Assembly (NCBI RefSeq): GCF_006345805.1
Contig: NC_043008.1
Span: forward strand, 46,686,001-46,750,000
Length of the DNA: 64,000 bases
Direction of reading: 5' to 3'
Source: Octopus sinensis
Lineage: Eukaryota
A program made the position numbers and the translations under genes. Of the stretch, positions 1 through 12,630 are shown piece after piece. The stretch's first letter is position 1. Each line of letters opens with the position of its first letter. Under the pieces are notes generated by a model, which was not told where the DNA came from, ran no database searches, and saw nothing but the letters and a program-made list of their open reading frames with translations.

Positions 1-98
1 ACTTTCCTGTGCTGTTACTGTGGTGGTTTGTGATAAGAAGTTAAGTAGCCTCGATTTATACAATTCGATAAATAATAATAATGGTATTATATAAGCTT

Positions 99-185
<87 letters not shown>

Positions 186-582
186 GGTTATAGGATATCA
201 AAACATCCTTGAACATAATGAGAAACGAAAACAAAAATATAGAAAGCGAACTTTTTTTCGAACAACGATAAAAACAGCAAAACGAGACATGCAACATACA
301 GAATATATATACACACACAAACCTTATCAACGACTCCATTAATAGTAGCTCCAAATCATGCTGTACCAATAATATCCGTCACAAGTGAAATTTCCTACGT
401 AAAACAAACGCAGCCCCTATGTAAATAGTTGGAGAATTAAGAAGTTATCTGCTCTTAGGCTAAAGTGTTCTTTAAATATGCTGCCCTGTCATCGGTGTTA
501 GCATAGGTGGCGCTCGTTTGATTAAGTAACATATGTTACACTTTGATCACTCTAATATTCATCCATGCGTTACAGGGTTAAC

Positions 583-1572
583 ATGGCTGCTACGCTGGCG
601 TATGCATCAGGTTAGACGAGAAACCAGTGATATGAGTTCTCGGGTCTGAGGTCCAGGGGGGGGGGCACAAATTTATCACAGGCTTCCGTGCAATGCGGGC
701 GCAGGACACTGTCATGTAGATATGTGTCTCGGAGGATCGAGAATTTTAAACGTTGACCACTGAAGCGTGAAGCATGAAGACGGAACAGGACAGCATCAAC
801 GTCGACCACTGATGCGAACATTCAAGAAGCTTGAGAGATGGCTCCGATGAGGGGATTTGTTTTCTGCTTAATCGTTACGATTCTGCACATATCCACAAAC
901 TTTTCTTTTGGAAAGTCTGTGCGCTTCGGTAAGCCAAGAGAGCTTGCTTACTGAAGCGCATCAATGCCATCATATAGAGACTGTAAACACTTACTCGACC
1001 GCCATAAAGATGAAGGCGGAGCATTTTTGGAGAGAATGGTCACACGAGATGAGATATGAATCAGTTACTTTGAATTTGAATCCAAAAAGAAAGGTAGAAA
1101 CACCCGGAATCGCCGGCGAAAAAGGAATTCAAGATTCAACTTGCCGCAGAAAACATATATGCTAACCATTTTGGGGAAAGCAAGGGAGCCATTACTAGAA
1201 CGCAACCTGCAAACGCAGTCTGAAGTCAGAGAAAGGCTGATCAATATACTGACACCAGCAATTTGTTCCAGAAACCGAGGCCTCGTGTTAAAGGAAAGGT
1301 TACTTCGTGCGCTCACGTACAGCCGTCCATACTATTGAGAAATTGTATCTAGAGTTGCTAGAAGGCTCTGGATACATTCCATTCTCACCCCCTTCAACCT
1401 CTCAGACATCTTTTATCAAGCCATCGATTTTCTGTGAGCGATAATGTGCAGGAAGCGGTGCATAATTGGCTGCACGACCGACCAAAACACATCTCCTCCG
1501 ATAGAATAAACAATTTTTATGAACCGCTGAGAAAAGTGGATTGAAAATCAAGAAGACCGTATCGGAAAGTAA
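583..1572 (+). mobile_element. Degenerate mariner-type (Tc1/mariner) transposase relic
   Basis: Manual translation across stops and frameshifts gives mariner-like blocks in the correct order: MAATL..., HEDGTG..STSTTDANIQ, HLLDRHKDEGGAFLERMVTRDE (first catalytic D region), KTYMLTI, and the C-terminal DNVQEAVHNWLHDRPK...EK-stop. TIRs not confidently seen. Confidence 0.85.
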
Positions 1573-1914
1573 TGTAACTGTTCAAATCATGCTTTTGTTT
1601 AACTAGATTATAAGAAAGCGAATAATATTCGTCTTAACCTCGGACGTCGAAATGAATGGAGACAATCGGGAAAATGTACGATTTCTGACAAATGCTGCCA
1701 ATTGTACATTTTCAAAGTTTCGACGCTGAAGACAAGACTACGCAATTTTACAGTGTAAACTTTGACAAAGAAATAAATGTAACTTTCCTTAAAATTTATG
1801 AGCGGAAGAAAAGTAAATCAATGTTTTATATCAACACAATATTTTAAAACAATGCAGACGTTCGAACATTTTAGAGTACAGGACGCCATAGCAGTAATGA
1901 TTTATGTAATGGAA

Positions 1915-4024
1915 GTCTGTCGGGGTTCGACAATGACGTTAGTGACGACGGAGGTGGGAGCGGAACCCAAAGGCGGACGCGTAGACGCGGCCACAGGTTG
2001 GGCATGCAACAACAGAAGTAGGGTTGGGTAGCCTCTCTTTCGGGGCTTGTCGCTTTTGGTCCTGGCTCTTGAGGCGCTTTTCCCCAAACAGACTAACACC
2101 CTTTTGGACAGCTGGATTCCATGCACCGCGGTAGAGGCAAGCGATTCCCAGCCTCAGGCTGAAATGCCGCAGGCTTCAAGGGTAGTTTTCAGGCTGTCTT
2201 TGTATCGCCTCAATGGTCTTCCAGGGTTTCTTGCTCCAGAAGCCAGCTCAGAGAGGAAATCATCTTTGGTAGACGCGTGTCGTCCATTTGGACCACATGT
2301 CCGACCCACCGGAGCTGGGCCTTCATGATGAGGGCTTCGGCTCTGCGAAGCACCTCAATATTGGAGATTCTGTCCTCCCAGGAAATTCCCATGATTCGTC
2401 GCAAGCAGCGGGTGTGGAAATAGTCAAGTATTCGCATTCGCCTCCTGTACAGCGTCCACGTCCCACAGCCGTAGAGCAAAGAGTTGATGACCACTACCCT
2501 ATACACTGCCAGCTTGATGGAAATCTGATGCCTCGTTCAGCCCACAAACGTGTCCAAATTCCGCCAAATGAAGCCCCTGCTTTTTCAAGCCTTATGGAGA
2601 TATCTTTGGCCATGCTACAGTTTGAGGACAGGCAGCTTCCCAGGTATGTAAAGCTCTCCACGTTATTCAGAGTTGTGCCCTCAATCTCAATCTGAGGCTC
2701 ATGAGGTGTCAGACCAGGTGTAAGCTGAATCATCACTTCGGTTTTTCGCAGGCTAATGGTCAGTCCGAAGGCTTTTGCTGCTTCTGCGAGAGAAGAGGCA
2801 GCAAGTTCTTGCAGGTCTGGTTCATTCAATGCCGCAAGCGCACAATTGTCTGCAAACAGGAAGTATCTCACTAGGGCGTCCAGGACTTTGGTTTTTGCCT
2901 TCATACGTCTGAGGTCAAAGAATTGGCCGTCACATCTGTAGCGAATAGTGACACCAGCATCAGACTTTGACAGGGTGCGGAAGAGCATGGTGGTAAACAT
3001 GAGGCTGAAGAGTGTGAGAGCCTTCACGCGTCCTTGCTTCACACCATTGGAAACCGGGAATGGATCAGAGACATCTCAGTTTTCCACGAGCCATCATGCT
3101 ATCGTGATATGACTGACAAGCTTTGGTGGGCAGCCCAGCTTGGACAAGATATCCCACAGGCCCTCACGGCTGATAGTGTCAAAAGCTTTTGCCTGGCTCA
3201 CGAAGAGGGTGTAGAGGTTCTGGTTTTGTTCTCGGCACTTCTCTTGTAGCTGCCGTACTGCAAAGAGCATGTCTATTGTCCCCCTGTTATTCCTAAATCC
3301 AAACTCACTAACCGCGACCACGTCGTCCAGCAGGTGGTGTGTGATGCGGTTCAGAAAAACTCGGACCATGATCTTTCCTGCGATGCTCAGCAATGAGATA
3401 CCTCTGCGGTTGTCACATGAAGCTCTTCCACACTTGTTCTTGTACAGATGCACGATGTTGGCATCCTTGAAGTCCTGCGGCACTAAACCATCGTCCTAGA
3501 AATGCTGTATAAGCTCAGTCAGATTGCTCGTAACAGCTTCACCTCCCTCTTTGAAGATCTCTGAGGATATTCCGTTAGGACCAGGTGCTTTCCCCACATG
3601 TAGCTGCTTCATGGCCTTCTGGATTTCTGCCAGTTTTTGGGGGGCATCAAGCGACACCAGGAGTGGGCACTATGGCATGCCTTGGATGGCCTGCATGTCA
3701 ATATGGGAAGTTCTGTTTAGCAGCTGACTGAAGTGTTCACTCCAGTGCTGTATGATGTTGCTCTTCTCAGTAAGCAGGGTTCCATCGGCAGAGCACACAG
3801 ATACCATTGCATTTAGCGTGGGGCCATACATGTCTTTCAGGCCGGCAAAGAACTTCTTGGGGTTGTGCTCGTCTGCATACTGCTGTAGTTCTGCAGTCTT
3901 GTTTCCCCACCATTTTTCTTTCATCTGTCGCAGCTCATTCTGCACCTTTCCTCTGATGTTCTTGAGGCGGTCGTACTTGGCTTAGGAGTCTTTGTCGTTA
4001 AGCCAGGCTGTGAAGGATTCTTTC
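1915..4024 (-). mobile_element. 5'-truncated, decayed RTE-clade LINE (RT and C-terminal region)
   Basis: Collinear minus-strand ORF pieces: 3670-3945 (KWWGNKTAELQQYAD...HWSEHFSQLLN), 3094-3483 (DANIVHLYKNK...NRRGISLLSIAGK...FGFR..RGTIDM...KAFDTISREGLW), 2494-3042 (KQG...FLFADN, the YADD equivalent) and 2210-2506 (LLYGCGTWTL...LRWVGHV). These are typical RTE/BovB-like RT motifs, interrupted by stops and frameshifts. Confidence 0.92.
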
Positions 4025-4455
4025 TTGTCCATGTTGTATTTTTCTACATACCTTAACATATATTCCAGGCGCCCCGTACCCCCCTTATCATTAATGTGAA
4101 CACATATTCTTAATAATTGGTACGACTCTCTGTTTGTCTCTCTCTCTCTCTCATTTTTACTTGATCTGTCCCCCTCTCTCTCTCTTTTCTCTCTATTCAT
4201 CTTCTCTTTCCTCTGATCCTTTGGTCTAGTCTTCCACTACCCTCCTATTTCTTTGTCTCGCTCTGCACTCACAGGTCATTCTTCGACACCCATCCCTTCT
4301 CCTCTCTGATTCCTTCTTTCTCTCTCTTCTCTCTCTTTGTTGCGTTTTGTCCCCCTTCTCTCTCTCTCTTCCTTTGCTTCTCTTTCTTTTCTTTTCCCTC
4401 TTCTCTGTCACGTGACTGTTGGCCGAAATCTGCCTTTCAGCTCCTGACCCTCGTC

Positions 4456-4896
4456 GTGTTAACATCGTTGTTTTTCGTCCGCCGCTATAAAGGCTTTTTC
4501 CAATGCGCCAGAGAAAAAATTTGTTTGCTTGTTATCAGTCGTAAGACACTTGTTGTTTTCACCGTTAATGCTTCTGTATTTCATGTTTCTGTATTCCATT
4601 ATTGTTTTTTTTTTTTTTTTTTTTATATCTGTCCCTTTTGCTGTCCTGGTGTTCGTATGCATTCGATCCTCCTTCCAGGAAATCTACGCTTCCAGCTTAG
4701 TTTTTCTAATGCTCGTTGCTTAGTTTTTCTTGGAGGGCTGGCCGTGATCTAGTAATCTCAAGATTAATCAGCCGAAATTACTACGATGATCCGGTTCTTG
4801 ACTGAAGACTGAGGGGTTCGAATGTCCTGTCCATGTTTATTGTATCGTCTTCTATGAGTTATACGTTCTTGTCCATGTTGTATTTTTCTACATACC

Positions 4897-4900
<4 letters not shown>
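4456..4900 (+). mobile_element. Penelope-like element 3' end (GIY-YIG C-terminus remnant plus pLTR-type sequence)
   Basis: Plus-strand RRYKGFFQCAREKICLLVISRKTLV parallels IPYDKGKKFCLLCNSELFFIMFSKNTLV at the end of the GIY-YIG ORF at 46756-47547. The fragment ends directly in (TA)n, like the other PLE ends in this window. Confidence 0.5.
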
Positions 4901-4935
<35 letters not shown>

Positions 4936-5624
4936 GTATAAATATCAACACAATTATTTCTCCTTCCTTTTTTTTCCTCTTCTCCTTTCTTCCCTTCTCC
5001 AAACTCACAGACACCCACACGCACGCACACACACACCTCCACATAACAATAATAAAAAGAATTCTTTCTCTCTAAAACCAAAACACCATTTGACCATCCC
5101 TCATTAAACACACACACACACAATGATAAAAGAAATATAATTTATGGTCTACCTCCCCGCCCACATTCACTCAATAACGCTATGAAATGGTCAAAACTGA
5201 AATTCTTCTTCCACAAGTTCTTGGAGTAAGTATGCTGTCCAGCAGAGCAAATAAAATTATTTTCTTCTTTCCTCTCCCTTCCCCACTTTTTCTTTAGCAT
5301 CATTCCACATACAAAAGCACACACACACACGCACGCACGCACACGCACGCACACATATACACACACATGCTCTCTCTCTCACTTTCTCCCCATCCATCAC
5401 CCTCTTGTACTGTCTTATATTCTTCCCCACCACTACAAACTCAATACCACTATAAAATGGTCAAAACTGTTTACACAGGAACTTAGTTTGATTTGAAAAT
5501 CCCACTAGAATGGAAGAAAGCGCTAATACATGATCTAAGTTATATGATGTATAAAAAATGTAATATACAAATAAATATCTGTAAATATAAACCATCCGAT
5601 TTTCTGAGTACCTCATTTCTTCTA

Positions 5625-5727
<103 letters not shown>

Positions 5728-6445
5728 ATATGTATATATATGTATGTATGTATGCATACATATATATATATATATCCAGTGACAGACAAGTGTTGAATAA
5801 CCTGTTAAGCACAGTTTCAACACATTTGCATTCATCCAGCAGAATAGACGTTAAATATACCTGTCTGATGCATGCACCAGTTCATACATTCAGATACACA
5901 GATGTGCATAATAACATATATAGGGGTACACCTCCCAAGTAGATGTAAATAATCATTTATGCACGCGCACTGTAAATAATCATTTATGCACGCGCACTGA
6001 CACACACACACACACACACACACAGAAACATACACACACACATGTATATATGTATATGTACGCGGACGTGTGTGACCGTGAGCTATATTATATAAGTGTG
6101 ATTCCCACAGATTTTCCCCGAATTTATAAAACATTCTTAAAAAACATATACGTTGTAGAATCAAAACATTTCCAACTAACGGTTCTCACCAATTCCGTTC
6201 CGCTTTAAAAGTTGAATGTCCTGCTGGTGTTCCACTGGTGTTAGATTATCTTTATGCAATTAGTAAATCTTGAAATATTTGTTATCACTCCCATAAGGGC
6301 CAATTAGTAGTTTTACAGGCACCTGAGCCCCTCTTCTTCAATAACTGTACCTTTCATACAAATACATACATACATATATATATATATATTTATGTGTGTG
6401 TGCGTGTGTGTGAGTGTGTGTATATATACATTTACATACATGCAT

Positions 6446-6506
<61 letters not shown>

Positions 6507-7149
6507 AGAGTAAGCTCATTAATGCGAAGCAAGGTAGAAAGAATAGTACTCGAATACCAGAGGTAGAGTAATAATAATAATAGAGCAAATATATCACAGA
6601 AGATGTTACTCAGAGTTGCACGTTGCCGTTCGTCGGACAGTTTTGTTTAGAATTCCGACGAAGGAGTCTTATGTTGGATGCCTCTTATGTGTTTAAACGT
6701 ACACCGTATTTATATATATATATGATTCCATTGTAAACATTTTACTTACACATAATTGATTGTTGCCCAGAAATCTGCCAACCCTCGACAAAATATGATA
6801 CATCTTGTCAGATAGAATTTAATTCTGATATCAGACATCGAATCTAGAAAAATAATTCTCATAGTATGTATCAATTATACTTCAAACTCTCCGTTTTTCC
6901 GATTAATATATTTCTGGTTTATGGAATATTTGCATATGTCGACGAAAATAGATATCAGGCACCAAGAAAAAAAGCAATATAGAAGCTACAGACGCAAATG
7001 TCACCAACTCTGGCTTCATGAAAACTATTTTAAATATCACAGACTGAAAAATGCATAGACGACAGCTGTGACCAACGCAGCAAATGTTCTGACTCCGTAA
7101 CTGTTCACACGCACTTGCGCAAGCACTGATACAAACCAAAGGGTTATAC

Positions 7150-7206
<57 letters not shown>

Positions 7207-8714
7207 TGCTCTTACTATTCCATGCACTTCATCAATAAATATATTCTCACACGCCTGCACCCGCAGTTCGTCACATACCTGCTCATGCTACCCACACAAC
7301 ATTCACACACAGATCAATACTCTTCAACCTACTTCTATACTTGAAAATCGATGCACGTATGACACGGTGACACACAAGCATACGCCATTTTCGTCATCTC
7401 GTCTTCAAACACAGATATATTGTAATATATACATATATATACATATAATGATACGTTATGTATGTATACCACCACTACACGTGCTTCGTTTTTTCTCTCT
7501 TTCCCATATCACAGAATACCACCGGTTTCAAACTTTTACTTTACTGGAGTGTCTTTCTCACCCTTTTGCCCTTTTCATGCGCTGTCCGTTTTTGTTCGTT
7601 TGGTGAATGACTACACTCCAAAACGTTAAAGCCGTTCTTTCTCCATTAAAACGTTAAAATGATACAGCATTTTTAACTTTTATCCTTCCTATCTTATTCT
7701 TTATGCGCACATACGCAAAGCGTGCACATACGCACATGCACACACACAAACACACACTGGCACCCAATATGTACACACGCACTGACACCCCCTATGTGCA
7801 CACACATAGGCACCCTTCTACACACAGACACACACCTGTATAAGTTTATACTCATAATATATGTGGTTATTTGCAACGAATTGTTAGAATCTTGAAAGCG
7901 TCGGATAGAATGCCTCACTGTATTCCTTCCAAATATTCAAGTTCAAAGAAGCCATCTCATCCCGGACTCAGGAACGTATCATTAATAACAGGTGATTGAT
8001 TGACAGTATATCATGAAGCGGCTTAAAAGTCAGACCTGATGTTTTGTGGTATTTATTCCAATTTTTTGCGTTCTGAGTTTATATTTCCAATAGCCCACAC
8101 GACTTAGGTAGTAGCATAGTCAATCGATGAAAATCCAAAGAATCTGTCTGTCTGTCTCTCTATCTATCTATCTACCCATCAATCTATCTAACTATCTAAC
8201 AATATATATATATCTAAGGCGGCGAGCTGGCAGAGGGGAGGATGGCAGATAAGTGGGGAGGGATAGGAGGAGATGAGAAAGTAAGGAATGAATAAGTGTA
8301 AGTTATGTGAGCAGAGGTGATATGATAGAGCTGCATTAAGGGATGGATAGAGAAAAGGTATGGGTGTGGTGTCACCAAAGTGAGTTGTAATTTTAGTAGT
8401 AAATTTTAAAGTGGAAGGAAGAATACAAGGATGTCTAATTTCTATAAATAGACGTATGTGATTGTATAGGTTAGTGTGATAGGTAGGAATCAGAGAGGAG
8501 GAAAGAAGGTATAATGGCTTATATGTGTGCGCGCACACACGTACGTATACATGTGCGCATATGTATACATACATATACACACGCACACACACATATATAT
8601 AGATATATATTTATACACGCATATACATCCACATACATATGTATACATGCATGCTCACTTTCTAACTCTCTCTTTCTCTCTCTCTTACATATTAATATTA
8701 TAATCTTGCCGGTC

Positions 8715-8935
8715 GGCGAGCTGGTAGAAGCGTTAGCGCATTGATCAAAATCCCTGCCACCATTCCGTCCGTCTCTACTCTCTGAGTTCAAATTCCGCCG
8801 ACTTTGACGTTGGTTTTGCCTGTTTTCATTTTGCGGTCGACAAAATAAGTACCGGTAGAGCGCCTCGGTCGATTTAATCGTTTTGGATCCTTCCCCCAAA
8901 CTGGTGGCCGTCTGCCTAAATATGAAATCAGTATT
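8715..8935 (+). mobile_element. tRNA-derived SINE, family 1
   Basis: Head ggcgagctggtagaagcgttagc (A-box-like) and gagttcaaattccgcc (B-box-like), followed by the central block cgacaaaataagtacc. Homologous to five other copies in the window. Confidence 0.8.
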
Positions 8936-10134
8936 ATAATATTGCTTGTATATGTGTGTGTTTGTGTGTGTAATCATGCAAGTGTGAGTATTACCTATTC
9001 CTTAATCCATATCAAATAATTGTTGTGGCGGACAAACTCAGTGAGAAGTGGGATGTTCCACTACTGATAAATAGCGGAGTGACACAGCAAGCTTGGTCAA
9101 TCGCCGTTCGGACCAGTGACACAGACAACGAAACACGTCCTCATAATGCGAGACATAAGAGTGGCGATGAGTATTCGTACTCACTCAGTGAAAAATAAAT
9201 TCTGTTGATGAAGGAACTGAACCACACACATTGAAATGTGTACAGTGAAAAATGATATAAATCCGTTTGAAGAACATTAGTCAAGTCGCTGTGATGCAGG
9301 GCTACCGGTAATAATGTAGACTGGTAATAATGTGTGAAAGAAAGAAAACTCTCAAGTGGAGAGGTGTTGTGGTGGACACCACCCAAGTGAGAAGTGCGCT
9401 CTTCCACTAGTGATATATATACCACCACTACACCTGCTTCGTTTTTTCTCTCTTTCCCATGTCACAGAATACCATGGTCAGTCGTTGGTTTACGCCATTC
9501 GGACCAATCACTCAGACGACGAATTACATCCTCATAATGTAGGTGTTGAACCAAACAATTTGAAACTTCGTATACTGGTAGAATGTGTCAAAAGTAAACT
9601 TAATTGTAAACCAGAATGAAAACGGAATTGTAACTTCTAAGTTTAACGTTGTTTAATAATTAGAATTTTAACCAATGATATTCCGCCATTCGGCTTTATT
9701 TTATTTACTCCGTCTCGACCACCAATTTCGTGACGTATTAAACATCTTAAATGTAAACAAGCTATAGTCAGCCACCTTCTAATAACAAAAGTTTGTCTTT
9801 GAAGTTACCGTCTAGGGGAAGCATTGATGTACATGTGTGTGTGTGTTTGATGGGGTGTGGGAGACAGTATGTTGTGTAAGTGAAGTGCTTCTGTTAGTGT
9901 GTGTGAAGAGACAGAGAGAGTAATGTGTGAAAGAGAGAGATAACTGAAATTTTTTACTCGGTGTATGTGTATATGCCTGAATGTATGTGTGTATGTATCT
10001 GTGTATGTGTATGTATGTATGTATGTATGGCCGATTCAATGTAATTTTTTACACATACTTACACACACACACACACATACATACACACACATGCAGACAT
10101 ACATATACACATACACCGAGTAAAAAATTATATA

Positions 10135-10189
<55 letters not shown>

Positions 10190-10660
10190 TTTACAAAAAT
10201 ATGGTAAAGTAAAAAAATTACTTAACCACACACCGAGCTTTTTAGAAATAGCAGCCAAAAATTTCTCAACTGCAAGAAAAAGTCTCCCAGACAATGCATA
10301 CTCAGAAATAATTCACATACGTATAAGAGAAAAACAACGAAAAATCACATGGATTCTCCGATATATGTTATAAAAATATGGATTCTCCGATATAATTTAT
10401 AAAAATATGGTAAAGTAAAAAAATTACTTTACCACACACAAAGCTTTTTAGAAATAGCAGACGTGCTTATAAGCCGTCTTCAACTACGTCACAAAACTGC
10501 TTTCAACGTCACACTAACAGATCGCAGTAACGTTTTAGATATGAAAACAAGCAATCTCATTGGTTAAAATTCGCAGTTTTAATCTACGATTAAAGTCATA
10601 AAATAGATTTTTCTCAAATAAACTAGTTCCAACTGGCGAATAAACTATTTCCACTCTATG
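10190..10660. repeat. Dispersed repeat with internal tandem duplication, possibly PLE-derived
   Basis: aaaaatatggtaaagtaaaaaaattact..accacaca...ttttagaaatagcag occurs at about 10191-10255 and again at about 10401-10460. A related motif (caccacataccgaagtttagaaatagcag) lies on the minus strand near 25690-25720. It abuts (TA)n. Confidence 0.4.
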
Positions 10661-11639
10661 AGTACACAAAGTTTCAAATTATTTAGTTAACTAGAAAGAT
10701 CTGGGGTCCTGGCCACAAATTTGAAAAGATCCGTTATCAGCAATAATAAAATCTTTAAATGTACAATTCCAGTATAAGTGGAAATATATCAATCATAGGC
10801 GCTGAAATCCTATATTTCATTGTTTTCAGCAGCCATTCACTGCGGGATGCCTCACTTTATACTTTCTAATCTATCTTTAAAACTCACTTTACTTCCTCTT
10901 TTTAAGAATTTGTGTCCACCATCCTAAATTTTCCCATGATTATAATAGCATTTATAAATCTATGTTTGGATTATAGCAAATATAATGTTCGAGGGCCGTT
11001 CTAAGTACAGTTAGATTACAATCTTTTGGAACTTTCGATATTTAAAATCTTTTGTTTCCATTTCCAAATTAAATCCACAGTTCTTTCCATTTCTGCTTTT
11101 CTTAAATACTTTTTCCACTAATACTTTCCTTTTCTTTTCCCAGTTTTATATTGTTTTACTTTAATTAGTTTACTGTACATTTATTTTGATATTTACTTAC
11201 TGTGTTCAGACATTTTTCAAGGTCTTTTAGTTGTTTCCATTATGCTTATAAATGTTCTGGAAAGAATTACAGAGGTAAGGAGATATGAAAGTGAATTTAT
11301 GCTTGTTATTTCACTGTTTATTTGGATCTTTCATATAAACGTTTAAAAGTGAGTATAATTCGCTTCCGAATAATAAATGCGAGAGTTTAGATTTTTATGT
11401 GAGGACCATTTCATTGCTCTCAGGGCCTCTATAGACTCTCCCTCGTAAGATGGTCCGCAGACCCATCTGTAACAGCCCCAATTTTAGAATGCCATAAACT
11501 TAGGCGTATCCAGAATCGCTAAATTCTATCATAGAATGCTCATTTCTATAACAAATCTACATTATCTTACTTTATAACTGTTGATAATTTTGAAAAATGC
11601 TTTTTCCAGGTGACAGCTGGTTTGAATATATGTGTTGTA

Positions 11640-12630
11640 TTTCAGGACCATAGCTAGTTGTAATTGTAGCAAATCAAAACAACATCACTCTGATATGTTC
11701 TGCTATATATTGTAGATGATACACTCTACCTAGATGCTGTGAGGAAAACGTACCTTACTTATTTTGGCATGAAACTGGGTGATCAACACAAAGCCTGAGC
11801 ATCGCATTTAGTGTGTAAGGCATTTATTAAAACAATTAAACAGTGACTGTTTCAAATCCTTAAACAGAAAATTTCTTGTGCGGAAATGAAGGTGGTGCGT
11901 TTGACTGTCTACAGATTCGTTGGCCATTGCAGGGCGAGCAGTTTGTGGAGACCATGTCTCGCGTTGAAAAAGAATGACGGAATACTTTTGCTGTAGTTGT
12001 GTCTGATTTCCTGAGTAACAGGAAGTAATCAAATTATGAAGAACTTGTGCAGACCCTGTAAAGCAGTGTTCAATCACTGCGTTGCAACGTTCGTATAAGG
12101 GTGTATTTCCTGCAGAGCCATTTGTATTACTTTCCGTAAAATAATGGTACAGTAAGTGATGAGCTAGGAGAAAGATTTCACCAAGGTATCTAGAAAATGG
12201 AGACAAGGTATCAAGACAGGTGAAACACAAACACGATAACTAACTGACCACTGCTGGCCCCAGCGATGTGACCGTCGTGATGCTAGTCATTAACACAAAG
12301 CAGCTAAGCTTTGAGAAGCTGAAACCTCAATTGGACAGAAATATGTATCCTAAGATGTGTAATTAAATATTTTGAGTAATATATTTGTTAAACTATAAAA
12401 ATTACTATTTCCTTTGTGTTATTTTATTATTTCAGTATTGCATTTAACGGCAAAATTTACATTTTTTACTAAAAGAAAAAGATATCCCAATTTATCAAAC
12501 GAACTGAACTTGACAGAAAATATTTGAGATTATTTCTGAACCGAACACCACAAAATTTGGTAGGACTAATGGTAAAAAAGGAAAAAAAAAACAAGACAAC
12601 AAAAAGTGTTTTTCCAGAATATTTCCCAGT
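11640..12630 (+). mobile_element. Internally deleted Chapaev3-type (CMC superfamily) DNA transposon relic
   Basis: N-terminal motifs MFCYI..YTLPR and YFGMKLGDQHKA*ASHLVCK are joined directly to C-terminal motifs GAFDCLQIR, FAVVVSDFLSNRK*SNYEELV, CNVRIRVYFLQSHLYYFP*NNGTVSDELGERFHQGI*KMETRYQ. These match the Chapaev3 consensus blocks GDQDKxWAPH and HFLHSHLDxFPxNxGxVSDExGERFHQDI. Outer boundaries are approximate. Confidence 0.85.

Noticed and set aside
4795-4835. ctgaaga...cgaa hammerhead-like string in the 4.5-4.9 kb PLE end
   Set aside because: Stem I and the G10.1-C11.1 pair cannot be formed.
8218-8500. Purine-rich segment after a SINE-like head ggcggcgagctggcag, possibly a LINE 3' end on the minus strand
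   Set aside because: Only compositional resemblance. No diagnostic motif.
10458-10490. ttgaagacggcttataagc hammerhead-like half on the minus strand
   Set aside because: The GAAA half of the core is missing. At most it is a broken remnant.
10850-11420. Possible L1/Tx1-like C-terminal relic on the minus strand
   Set aside because: Lys/Trp-rich translation with many stops and no conserved motif I can name.
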